A model generated the notes under the pieces. The model worked only from the letters and a program-made list of their open reading frames with translations. It ran no database searches and had not been told where the DNA came from. A stretch of DNA of 20,000 nt from Trypethelium eluteriae (Eukaryota). Position numbers and translations under genes: made by a program. Within the stretch, counting starts at the first letter, position 1. Each line of letters opens with the position of its first letter. Shown one piece after another: positions 10,678-20,000 of this stretch. The stretch lies in the NCBI GenBank assembly GCA_051942245.1, contig JAVECL010000051.1, positions 53,409-73,408 of the forward strand, read 5' to 3'.

Positions 10678-12292
10678 ATGGAAAACGCTACCGTTCCTTC
10701 CATCTCTCCTGTTCCAGGAAACACGCTTCCGCCTCTTCCGAATTACACTCTTTCACCTCTGCCACCTCTTGTCTCTCCCATTCCGGATGCATATCTTGCT
10801 CTTGCGCTTCCCATCATCGCGTATTGGGCTTTATCGCTTTTCTTCCATCTTATCGACTTATACGATCTCTTCCCCGCTTACCGCTTACACACTCCTGCTG
10901 AAGTCCTCAAGCGGAACCATGTGAGCAGATGGGAAGTTTTCCGAGACGTTGTACTCCAACAGGTAATACAGACAGCGGTTGGATTGGTACTTAGCTGGAG
11001 CGACGAGGATGCAGTGGTTGGCAAAGAAGATTACAATATTGCGGTGTGGGCGCAACGGATACGAATGGCGCAAAGTGCAATTCCTCCATTGCTAGGAATG
11101 TTGGGACTAGATGCGCAAAGACTAGCCAAGAACATGGCCGGCAGCGCACCCACCTTTGCGGGCGCGCTGACAGGAGGGCAATATCCTTGGCTTACGCAGA
11201 CCTTTACGCAAAACGGCATCGAGATTAGCGCGCCCGCTTTTGCGCAATGGGAAATACTGGCCGCCAAGGGTATCTACTGGGTTGGAATACAAGCCATGCA
11301 ATTCGTTGTTGCCATCTTGATTGTGGACACATGGCAATACTTTTGGCACCGCGCTATGCACATGAACAAATGGCTCTACAGTGAGTACCCTATCCACTAT
11401 ATCCCCAACTTGCACAAACCTCTCAAAACGCATTCCCGTAGCCGAGTCCAGCTAACACCTCTCCTCTTAAATAGCAACCTTCCACTCCCGCCACCACCGC
11501 CTCTACGTTCCTTACGCCTACGGCGCCCTCTACAACCACCCCTTCGAAGGCTTCCTCCTCGACACCCTCGGCGCCGGGCTCGCCTACCTCGCCACCGGCA
11601 TGTCCATCCGCCAATCCATGTGGTTCTTCACCCTCAGCACCATCAAGACGGTCGACGACCACTGCGGCTACGCCCTCCCCTTCGACCCGCTGCAGCACCT
11701 CACCAGCAACAACGCCGGCTACCACGACGTCCACCACCAGAGCTGGGGCATCAAGACCAACTTCTCCCAACCCTTCTTCACCTTCTGGGATCGTGCGCTG
11801 GGCACCATGTGGAAGGGTGGGGATGTCAGTCTGCGGTATGAGCGCGCGCGGAATGCGGCTCAGAAGTTGGTAGACCAGGAGCACGAGAAGGAAGGGGGAA
11901 AGCAGAGTCCGGTTACGCACAGTCAGGCAGGAGAAAGTAAGACTGCGGATGTGCGTCCGTACCAAGATGAGGTGGCGAGGAATCTCAGTCCGCAGGCACA
12001 TCGACGCGTCAAGCCGAGTGTGCCGAATGGCAAGGCGGAGAAGCAGGCGCTTGGGTCACGGGAGCAAGTGCTGGATGATAGGCAGGGAGGAGGTGTTGGC
12101 GTGCTTATTGAGGAGATGCAGGAGGAGGAGAGGGAGCGGGAGGCTCAAGGGTGGTTAAGGCGGAGTCCGATGAAAGGAACGGGGAGTTCGAGATCGCGGG
12201 CCGGGAGTGGAGCGAGTAGTCTGACGGCACTGAGGGATCGGGTCAATGAGAGTTTGGTGGGGAGCTGTGTTACGGGGCAGGGGAAGGACTAG
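10678..12292 (+). CDS. SUR2: Sphinganine (sphingolipid) C4-hydroxylase, fatty acid hydroxylase family (Sur2/BasA), ~506 aa
   Basis: Exons 10678-11380 and 11475-12292, with intron GTGAGT..GCTAAC..TAG (11381-11474). His boxes: DTWQYFWHRAMH, FHSRHHRLYVPYAYGALYNHPFEG, KTVDDHCGY, YHDVHHQSWGIKTNFSQPFFTFWD. These match Sur2 orthologues. The exact C-terminus is less certain. Confidence 0.96.
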
Positions 12293-12942
12293 GTGGGAAC
12301 GAAATGGCGTGATGGAGCAAGAGCAGAGTCACGGTCTTGGTATACCTGCGGGATTCTAATAGTCTTTGGGACAGGGGTATGCAGGCTTCTACAACTGTCG
12401 TAACTAGAGTTGTCGTGACCCTTTACTGTTACTTTGGGAAGAGGGACCGGATGGGAACAGGGATCAACGGAGTTTTTGTGAAGAAGGAAATGGGTTCCAA
12501 GGCCGAATACCCTCGCTACTTTCATGTACAATATACTGTGACAACCTGAAGCCCGTTTTCCATATTGGTCTACAATGCACTGTGCTTTGGAACGAAAAAT
12601 ACTACTAGCCAAATAAAAGAATTGTGTTGAAAGAAAAGAGTGATGACATACCTAACAAAAAACCCGACTCGTTGCGGGATGCCGCTGCTCCCACTCAAAT
12701 TCGTGCAGCCACGGACTCCCCTGACTATCCACGTACTCATCTTCTTCATCTTGCGAGCTCGAGAACCTCCGGAAATCCGGTCCGCCCAGTGACATACCGG
12801 TTTTCATTACGGGAGGAGCACTAGGAACCCTTGAAGGTGGGAGTTCAGAGCTCTGCACGAAGGGCGAGAGTAGGCCAGGGCTGGGTGCATTTGGCCGTGC
12901 GCTCGAAAGGAAGGCTGAAGAGCGACCATGTGTTGTAATGGG

Positions 12943-14793
12943 CTACACAGCTGGTGCCATACCCGAAGCTATACTCTGCATTTGGAAAGCAGGGTTCGTG
13001 GGTGGCGGCGAGGGCATGGCAGAGTCTACTCGAGGAACGCCTGGCCTTGCTGGCAAGCCATTGGATGCCTTCTGTATGTGCAGAGGCTTGGGAGGTGGAG
13101 GCAGGGGTGTGGTGTATCTCTCACCGTATGGCCCCTCATAGAAGCTGTACACTGAGCCGCTGGCTACGGTTTCGACTGATGGTTTGGGACGCAGCACCTG
13201 CGCTTGTAATTGTTCGGCCGTATCGGGTGTTAACGGTAGTTTCTTCTCCAGGGGCGGCACGGGAGAAAACTGGATTTGTGGAACTGCCTTCGGGGTCTCC
13301 GGAACATCATCGTCATAATCAAGAATGGCTAGGTTGGTAGACTTGTTCAATGTGGTTGCAGGAATGCCATCAACTCTAGTGCTTGTTCCAAACATGTGTG
13401 ATATACCGGATTCAGAGGGTTCGGGACCATCTGTGGCAGGACTGGGTGTTCTGTTCATGTAGGCGCACATATCAACCCAGTCGGCCAAGTCACTCGCAGT
13501 AGAGCTCGCCCGTGGCGTCGACTGCTTAGGTCCAGTTGAAGATCGCGTTGGATCCTCCACGATTGAGCCATTAACGCTGTAAGCGTACTTCGCGGCAGAA
13601 GGAATCTTGTATGTCGGCTGTTGGATCCTTACGCAACCAGTATGAGCCTCTTCGGAAACACCATCATTATCTATTTCCATGTAGTTGTCGTCTTCCAAAG
13701 CTGTACTTCCAGAACACGAGCTGAAGTAATGCCTTGATGCCTGGGCTGTGAAGGCTGGACCGTCAGATGGCTTCGCTCCAAGTATCCTAGGTGGAATCGA
13801 TGTTCCGCCCAGTATCGCTGATGTCTCTTCATCTGAGAAGCTTGAGGACTTCGAGCTATGATTGCAAGCTACCTTTTCCAAGCCAGATGCTACGGAATGA
13901 CCGCGTTGGGGCCAGCCCGGCCCTCGACTTCCAGATGATTGACCAGCGGCCGGCATCTTTCTTGCCCAGGAAGCATCAGGGTCGATCTCTGAAAGAGCCT
14001 CCTTCTTCTTTCTGGCCTTTCGCACGACTCGCTTCATAACGCTCCCCAGCGCATGACTTTTCTCAACAAGATTTTCGCCGTCATGACCAGCATGGGCGCG
14101 TATCCATTCGTCATACCAGGATGCCCTTAGATGAAAATCATAAGTCTCTTCCCGAACCCGCGCTCTATATACTGCACTAAGACCAACGAGCACGTCAGCA
14201 TCAGATCCAATGCGCGCTAATATGCAAGCAGCACATCTATTCTTCTGTCGCTCCCATCCTTGGGACGGAGGCCGACCCCAGAGCTTCTCGAAATCTACTG
14301 GACGCAGATATAGAGAAGTGACATTGATAAGGACCTCAAAAAGCGATTGACATTCTGGCTCGAACGGAAGCTCAAATAGCCTTGGCATATAGCAAGTGAT
14401 CTCGTCCAACACAAAGCGAAGAATGGAGTGTGTCAGTGGGCATTGCAACCGTGAATGCATGTCACATAACCCCCTGAATGGCCTTCCGTCTATCCTCCGA
14501 GGATCTTTGACCATACATTGGTTGTTATCGGTGGTGAAAAGGCCGAACAAATGCTTCGTAGGTGGAGGCGTAGTCAGGACAGACGGAAGTGCTTGGATCA
14601 TTTCCTGCGTGATGTTCACATAAGTCTCATACCGAGGAGAGGTCCTGAGAAGGTTTTGCGAGGGTGCGTTAGAGAGAACACGCGTCAATAACGAAATTTC
14701 GGACTCACTAAGATTGTTGTATCTCCTGAGTGGTTTCGAGAACCGTTTCTGACGGCTTCCATCGTAGAGACCTCGGCTTACTGCAGAAACCAT
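12943..14793 (-). CDS. Uncharacterised fungal protein: N-terminal helical domain with CxxH and CxxC motifs plus a long Ser/Pro-rich disordered tail (~616 aa, or 713 aa if the TAG at 12945-12943 is bypassed)
   Basis: Long single ORF. The ATG at 14793 has a strong context (CAAAAAATGG) with TATATATA ~100 bp upstream. Motifs LCDMHSRL and RCAACILARIGSD. Low-complexity C-terminal half with PxxP motifs. Confidence 0.8.
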   Translation of the reverse strand: MVSAVSRGLYDGSRQKRFSKPLRRYNNLSESEISLLTRVLSNAPSQNLLRTSPRYETYVNITQEMIQALPSVLTTPPPTKHLFGLFTTDNNQCMVKDPRRIDGRPFRGLCDMHSRLQCPLTHSILRFVLDEITCYMPRLFELPFEPECQSLFEVLINVTSLYLRPVDFEKLWGRPPSQGWERQKNRCAACILARIGSDADVLVGLSAVYRARVREETYDFHLRASWYDEWIRAHAGHDGENLVEKSHALGSVMKRVVRKARKKKEALSEIDPDASWARKMPAAGQSSGSRGPGWPQRGHSVASGLEKVACNHSSKSSSFSDEETSAILGGTSIPPRILGAKPSDGPAFTAQASRHYFSSCSGSTALEDDNYMEIDNDGVSEEAHTGCVRIQQPTYKIPSAAKYAYSVNGSIVEDPTRSSTGPKQSTPRASSTASDLADWVDMCAYMNRTPSPATDGPEPSESGISHMFGTSTRVDGIPATTLNKSTNLAILDYDDDVPETPKAVPQIQFSPVPPLEKKLPLTPDTAEQLQAQVLRPKPSVETVASGSVYSFYEGPYGERYTTPLPPPPKPLHIQKASNGLPARPGVPRVDSAMPSPPPTNPAFQMQSIASGMAPAV

Positions 14794-14888
14794 TTTTTGA
14801 TGCGGTTTGAATAATAATAGGATAGGTCTTGAAAAAGAAGAATAAGAATACTCTATGCCTACCAGTAAGCACAGATAGGAGATAAATC

Positions 14889-14896
14889 TATATATA
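14889..14896 (-). promoter_or_regulatory. TATA-like element for the 14793 gene
   Basis: TATATATA ~100 bp upstream of ATG 14793. Confidence 0.45.
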
Positions 14897-15482
14897 GAGA
14901 AAACACTCGGACAGCAGCTCGAATGCAATGAGGCAGGCTTCAAATGCGAGGAATTTCGGTATACTTTAGGATGTGCGTTTGACAATGAACAAAGACATAG
15001 GAGGTGAAAGAAGGTGAGATTCTTCATTGGGGGATTGTTCAGTGAACAATCTCTTTGTGATTACGGTGACTTGAAAGGACGATCGGAGTTGGGCAACGAA
15101 ACTCCTACCGAAGAGTGCTTGACCCATCTTCAATCATGTATAACATTGAGCATTACAACTTATGAGTAAGACTGATATCTCGAAGCACTAAGCACTACCT
15201 GATGTTGTAGAAGGAGGATATAGGCGTAGGTGATGCACAAACAAACTTCAGTAGGTCGTCCCATCTCTTCCGAAAATGGGCAAGCACGTGAGTCAAATCC
15301 CGTGACCCGCTGCACCACCCAACCTCGCTCTCACCAATCTCAAGTTCGACGCCGAAACTCCGACAGGGCTTCAATATCAATCCATCGTCAATCAGCCAGA
15401 CACCTAGACAACACACACTACTTGACGAATCCAAACCGAAATCTGTTGAAAATGGCCAGTATCGAGCTACACAGTACAGCGT

Positions 15483-16940
15483 CTATCCAGATGCGGACTT
15501 GTCAGGCTCGAGTTTTCCCTGTGCTCGGCACTTTTCGAGTTTCTTGATCGTCTTTTCTGCTTCCTCTGGTGTTTCTACTTTCCGAATGCGTTTACACAAT
15601 TCTTCGAAGCCTTGATAACTATTCCTCGATCCACCCTTCCTTTTCAAATGCGTTACGTAATGAGCTTGGCGGTTGTCTGCTCGTCCAAATGCCTTTCTAT
15701 TCCCATCTTTGTCAACACAATCCAGTACCGCGCAAACGTAGGGTTTCTCTTCTGTGTGAATATACTTGTGCCGGTTTAAGTGCTCGGGTCTTGTGAATGC
15801 TTTGTCGCAAAACTCCCCTGGCGTCAGTTCGTGTCCGCACAACTTTTTGTCCGAATTGGGGACGATTAGCCCATCTTCTCCCATCTCTTGCATTGCTTTG
15901 TAAGCATCTGCTTCGATCTCGAAGTCGACTTTGTAACCCTCAATCAGAGCTGCCTCATTCTTTCCTTTGGTTTTCCTATGACCACCTTTGTGCGTTCTCC
16001 GACATTTCCTCACTCCTTTTGCACCCGTACTCGTTTCGCGGATGCGAGAAACCCGGATATAATCTGGCTCACGGCGGACTCGGACCCACTCAGGATCTTC
16101 TACCGGTCTTCTCAACGATTCTTCCGAAGCGTTGGGCTCATGTGAGCTGTAGCCATTCGATGCCATCCCGAACGACGCAAAGCTCGGCTCAGAACACGTT
16201 GCCATGTGTGATGCAGCATCCAGCTCAGCCTCTCTAAATGTCTGTGAAGGTACGACTGTATTCTGCGTCATCATTAGATCCGTTTGATGGACTCCTAGCA
16301 AGGATCGGAATGGTGTACTCGATGCCATGTCGACGCTTGGAGCCAACGAAGGATATGGGCCATTTGCGGATGGCAGCCCGCACACGATATCTACGTCTTG
16401 GAAGCCTTGCAGAGTAGGCCACGGGGTTGAATGGGGAAGGTCCTCAGTCATGGCTTCGGTAGTCTCATTTTTCGAGGGACCTGACTGATGGAACAGTTCT
16501 GTTGCATGTTGCCAGTGGTCTGCTTCGGATTCAAAGGATTGCTGAAAACCATGTCGATTGAATACACCGGTGGGTGTGTCCATCAACCATTCAGGAGGAT
16601 AATTGCTTTCGTGCGTAAAATCCGAGCATGTAGGGGTTGCAAAGTGTTTATCCATGTATCCATCCCGTAAGTCGAGACTCCCAATCATGGCATAATCGTC
16701 CTGACCATCTCGTCCTCGCATGGGCGTTGATGGTTGCTGGGGAGAATACGAGATTGATGACGCTCCAGAAAAAGATGTAGCTGCCCATGAGGTCACTGAA
16801 TCTCGCCGACTGTAGGGACTGAAGGATGCTGATGAGGGAGGTGTTAAGAGACCGCCGCTGGGATTGTTCGAGACCTTCTGATGTAGTGTTCGCGAATCGT
16901 GCACTGGACACTGCGCCGAGGAGTGACTGCCTGACAGCAT
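15483..16940 (-). CDS. C2H2 zinc-finger transcription factor (two fingers, BrlA/Msn2-type recognition helices), ~485 aa
   Basis: Finger 1 is CGHELTPGEFCDKAFTRPEHLNRHKYIH, followed by linker TEEKPY, finger 2 CAVLDC..KAFGRADNRQAHYVTH, and then LKRKGGSRNSY. The N-terminus is S/T/P-rich and there is a basic NLS-like patch (RKCRRTHKGGHRKTKGK). Start at ATG 16940 (alternative 16982). Confidence 0.88.
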   Translation of the reverse strand: MLSGSHSSAQCPVHDSRTLHQKVSNNPSGGLLTPPSSASFSPYSRRDSVTSWAATSFSGASSISYSPQQPSTPMRGRDGQDDYAMIGSLDLRDGYMDKHFATPTCSDFTHESNYPPEWLMDTPTGVFNRHGFQQSFESEADHWQHATELFHQSGPSKNETTEAMTEDLPHSTPWPTLQGFQDVDIVCGLPSANGPYPSLAPSVDMASSTPFRSLLGVHQTDLMMTQNTVVPSQTFREAELDAASHMATCSEPSFASFGMASNGYSSHEPNASEESLRRPVEDPEWVRVRREPDYIRVSRIRETSTGAKGVRKCRRTHKGGHRKTKGKNEAALIEGYKVDFEIEADAYKAMQEMGEDGLIVPNSDKKLCGHELTPGEFCDKAFTRPEHLNRHKYIHTEEKPYVCAVLDCVDKDGNRKAFGRADNRQAHYVTHLKRKGGSRNSYQGFEELCKRIRKVETPEEAEKTIKKLEKCRAQGKLEPDKSASG

Positions 16941-16966
16941 ATTCAGGAGACGAATCACAATTTTTT

Positions 16967-17057
16967 CTGGAAGTCCAAGCATCAGCACGCTAGTCGAGCC
17001 GGACAATCAAAGGGGACTCCAACACGGACTACGGGATGATAGGTTTGAATAGCATAC
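16967..17057 (-). other. Candidate 91-nt 5'-leader intron of the C2H2 TF gene
   Basis: CTG|GTATGC donor at 17057, GCTGAT branch point near 16985 and TTCCAG acceptor at 16967. Confidence 0.55.
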
Positions 17058-17712
17058 CAGGTAGGCTGAGATATGAATTGCCTTGGACATCAATGTACCC
17101 CTAACAAGATACCCTGAAACGACGAACCGGATAGTTTCAATGGAGGTAGCCGTCAAGGTGAGGTCTGCTTTTGAGTGCGTCTTCACGCTATGGCGGAATC
17201 GAATATTTGCACAAGACCCTCAATGAGTGGCGAAATATTGGAATTGCCCAATTCAAGGTGGCGTCCCCTCTAAATTAGCACTGAAGAAGACGCGATTCGA
17301 AACGCGATGACTGAAAGCAGGGAGGAGTGATGGTGGTGTGGTCTTTAGTTTGACTGGCTCCCTCCTGAATCGAGGAAAGTCGCAACCTGTAGGACTAAGA
17401 TACTTCGTGTTCACCAATGGTGCTGCACATCCCAGCTTTGCGGCAGGAAACCAACTGATGACTCTACAGTCTCTATTTCAAAAGATACTGCAAGGGGGAG
17501 GCAAGTTGGGTCGAGATGCCAAAGAGCAGAAAGTTTTGTGGGACAAATGAGTTGCGACAAGACAGAGAGAGTCAACATGCTTCTTAAGACCCAGAGCACA
17601 GACTATTCGGCTGGATCGATGCAATGAACGGAGCCGTCCTGGCGGGCGTGGAATTGGACTGTAATGGTGGTCGGGTGCTGTAACCTCAGCCTCCTCATGA
17701 GCGCCTCCCTAC

Positions 17713-18710
17713 GGAATGAGAGAAAAAGAGAACATGCCTGCAGTCATGTTGGAAGTCTTCAGCCTACCTATTTTCATTACTTGGGTCCTCTGACTGGGTA
17801 GACCGTTGGCTTCAGGTGCAGCTGTTGCTCGACAATTGTCATGCTCAACATCTCGACAGCCGCAAAAGACGTTTGGCTCCCGGGGAGAATCGAGGACTTC
17901 TCTATATTTCCATTTTAGGCAACAAAAACAGGCATCTCCGCTGTGCGCAATCGCACTAGTTCTCAGACTTCCGTCATGGGCTTGGACCAAGGAGACTAAT
18001 GCAAACTCAATGTCGTCTAATACTACCTTCCTGCGATGTTTATGTATCCAGCTGCGGAGCTCAAAGGAATGAGACCCTTCAGGGTGGTACGGATGCCTTC
18101 TTCTGCGAGTCTTTCGGTTGATATTACCGCTCATACTAACTATTCTCTGCCAGCTAGTGGGTGTCCACTCATCAGGAGGGTATGAATCTAGGGCGAACGA
18201 GACGCAAATCCACAATAGTTTCCATTTGGTGACAGCGGGAATGATATCGTGCAACTCGGCGCTTGCTGCCAGATGGCCTTCGCGAGCTAACTGTGGGGTC
18301 CAATGTAGGTATGGAAGTCTAAGCACTCGGATTTGCGGCGCAAACCCAGCAGTGATTTCAAGGTGAGCCAACTGATCAAGCCTCGCGGCGAGTGATCGTG
18401 TACCAAAGATTATGGCCGATCTCGGACAAGCTGGTGCGGTTACACAGCATTACGGCAGGTTGTATCCCGACCAGTCTCTCCTTTTGACAGCGCAGGAAGA
18501 TTCCGAGAGGAAAGACAACCCGACCGTTCCTTCCAAGCATGTCTCAAGTCAGTTGCTTCCTGCAGAATTGCAGCGCGCGTCACAGCCTGCATACGGGTGA
18601 ACAAGCTACATACAACGCGCAGACCCAGAACACATTCCAAAACATCTAGAGATCTGGTAAGTGGAACGATTCTTTCTAAAGAGCAGGCGAGTCCATGGCA
18701 AGACGGAATG
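17713..18710. promoter_or_regulatory. Cluster of five CATTCC (TEA/ATTS, AbaA/Tec1-type) motifs upstream of the C2H2 TF
   Basis: GGAATG at 17713, 18066, 18238 and 18705; CATTCC at 18633. Confidence 0.35.
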
Positions 18711-20000
18711 TAGATCATGAAAACGAGTCCCAGAAACGCGGTCTCTTTATTCTACAGTTGCGGTTCTCGTCCAGTCCAACCAGCCGGGGCTACATGTCAA
18801 CGAATTCCAATACATGCGTATCATACAGCACTGCATTGCTCCGCCTACACAGCATCGCCCAAATTAACTTGCCCTGCAAACTTTTTCCGGCTCCCAGAGA
18901 TGCTCTGCACAACCTCAGCCGCCTGTGCGACGTCCCGTCGAAATCCCCAGACCCACGCCCGATGAGCGCAGCACTCGCCTTTGCTTGTCGATCACAGGGT
19001 TCAAAGCTTATTCCCGGAGTTTTGGTAGGTTCTCAACTTTTCTCGGAGAATTTGACGATGCTGTGCGCCGTCTCCACCAGGGCAAGCCGCTCAACGTCTC
19101 CCAAGCGTTGCCGAATTCCCCATCCAGCCAAGACAAAGTGGAAATGCAGGGCGCTCAACGGCTTTAGAAGGAAGAAGTGGAGTATGGAGAGCCGCTCTGG
19201 CCGGGCCGCTGCGAGGCCAGGGGCGTTGACAGAGTATGGCAGATCGTCATATCCTGATTTAGAGATTGCGTGATCTGGTACAAGACAACCACGTCACAGA
19301 CTTGGCTCTGAGCCTCCGGGATCTATGGATCTTGGTACTAGATGACTTGTCGTATGGGAATTGATGTACGTTCAGGGGAAAGATGAGATGAAAGATGGTC
19401 CTGTGGACTGTTTGACATACTCAATAAACTCTGATAAATGCATCGTGAGTCTTTAGTGATACGTGGCAGATGACGCTGTATCGTGACTTGCGAACCGACG
19501 TTAGGAAACTGTCTAAGACGTGATGGATGGTTATCATCAGTGACTGACAGCTTCCGGACACAGGTGAGTCAACCATCACAGCAGGTAGTGTTGCAGTCCT
19601 ACGATACCTCCTCTGAGAATATGATCAGAAGGCCTGCCCACGTTCTGACTATGGGGATCCACTGGATGCAACTTCATGACTTTGATTTGTGTTCAAACTC
19701 TAACAGCACCGAAGCCAAGGGATTCTTGTACATCGTAAGCTATATAATCTGGGCGCAACGGGGGGATCAAGTAGCACAATCTCAACAGGTGATTTTCTTT
19801 CATCACTAGATTCATGAGATGTCTCCTTCACGTAGGGCAGGGTCCTTATCTTACGTTAGACATCGAATCCTGTTCAAAGAACGCCAAATGCAATGCATTC
19901 AATCTACAGAGATATCTATCTATACGATACATTCAACTCCCTTCCAACACAGATTACCTGAATTTACAGCTACAACTCATCCACCACTCTCTCTTTCTCC

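Noticed and set aside
10049..10901. Overlapping 121-178 aa ORFs upstream of SUR2
   Set aside because: They lie in the promoter and pyrimidine-rich 5' leader, and have no protein-like features.
11381..11841. Pro/Arg-rich C-terminus of the 387-aa ORF 10678-11841
   Set aside because: Read-through of the intron into the wrong frame; splicing restores the conserved His boxes.
11423..12001. 192-aa antisense ORF over SUR2 exon 2
   Set aside because: Shadow ORF caused by C-ending codon bias in the sense gene; V/E/G-rich with no motif.
14794..15027. 78-aa signal-peptide-like N-terminal extension of the 694-aa ORF (MKNLTFFHLLCLCSLSNA..)
   Set aside because: Spans a TATA element and T-rich leader-like sequence, and ATG 14793 has better context. 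Not excluded without 5' transcript data.
17709..18371. 220-aa minus-strand ORF
   Set aside because: Non-ATG start, no recognisable domain and random-like composition.
18695..19273. 192-aa plus-strand ORF
   Set aside because: Arg/Ser/Cys-rich with no domain or splice support; probably non-coding.
1..20000. tRNA, rRNA, CRISPR array or long tandem repeats
   Set aside because: None recognisable by eye; the context is intron-containing fungal DNA.

Overview
Eukaryotic DNA from a filamentous ascomycete (Pezizomycotina-type short GT-AG introns with CTRAY branch points). Six protein-coding genes can be reconstructed by hand. (1) A 5-exon SAM-dependent O-methyltransferase (+, 135-1743). (2) A convergent Zn2Cys6/fungal-specific transcription factor (-, 2488-4935); with gene 1 it looks like the edge of a secondary-metabolite cluster. 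(3) A secreted glyoxalase/VOC-fold protein (+, 8406-9164) whose promoter has a CGGA cluster and a TATA box. (4) Sphinganine C4-hydroxylase SUR2/basA (+, 10678-12292). (5) An uncharacterised Cys/His-motif protein with a Pro/Ser-rich tail (-, 12943-14793) whose frame stays open for 96 codons past its TAG. (6) A two-finger C2H2 transcription factor resembling BrlA (-, 15483-16940), with a candidate 5' intron, a uORF and about 3 kb of upstream DNA containing clustered CATTCC sites. No RNA genes, CRISPR arrays or recognisable transposons were seen. All calls come from manual reading and motif recall, with no database searches.
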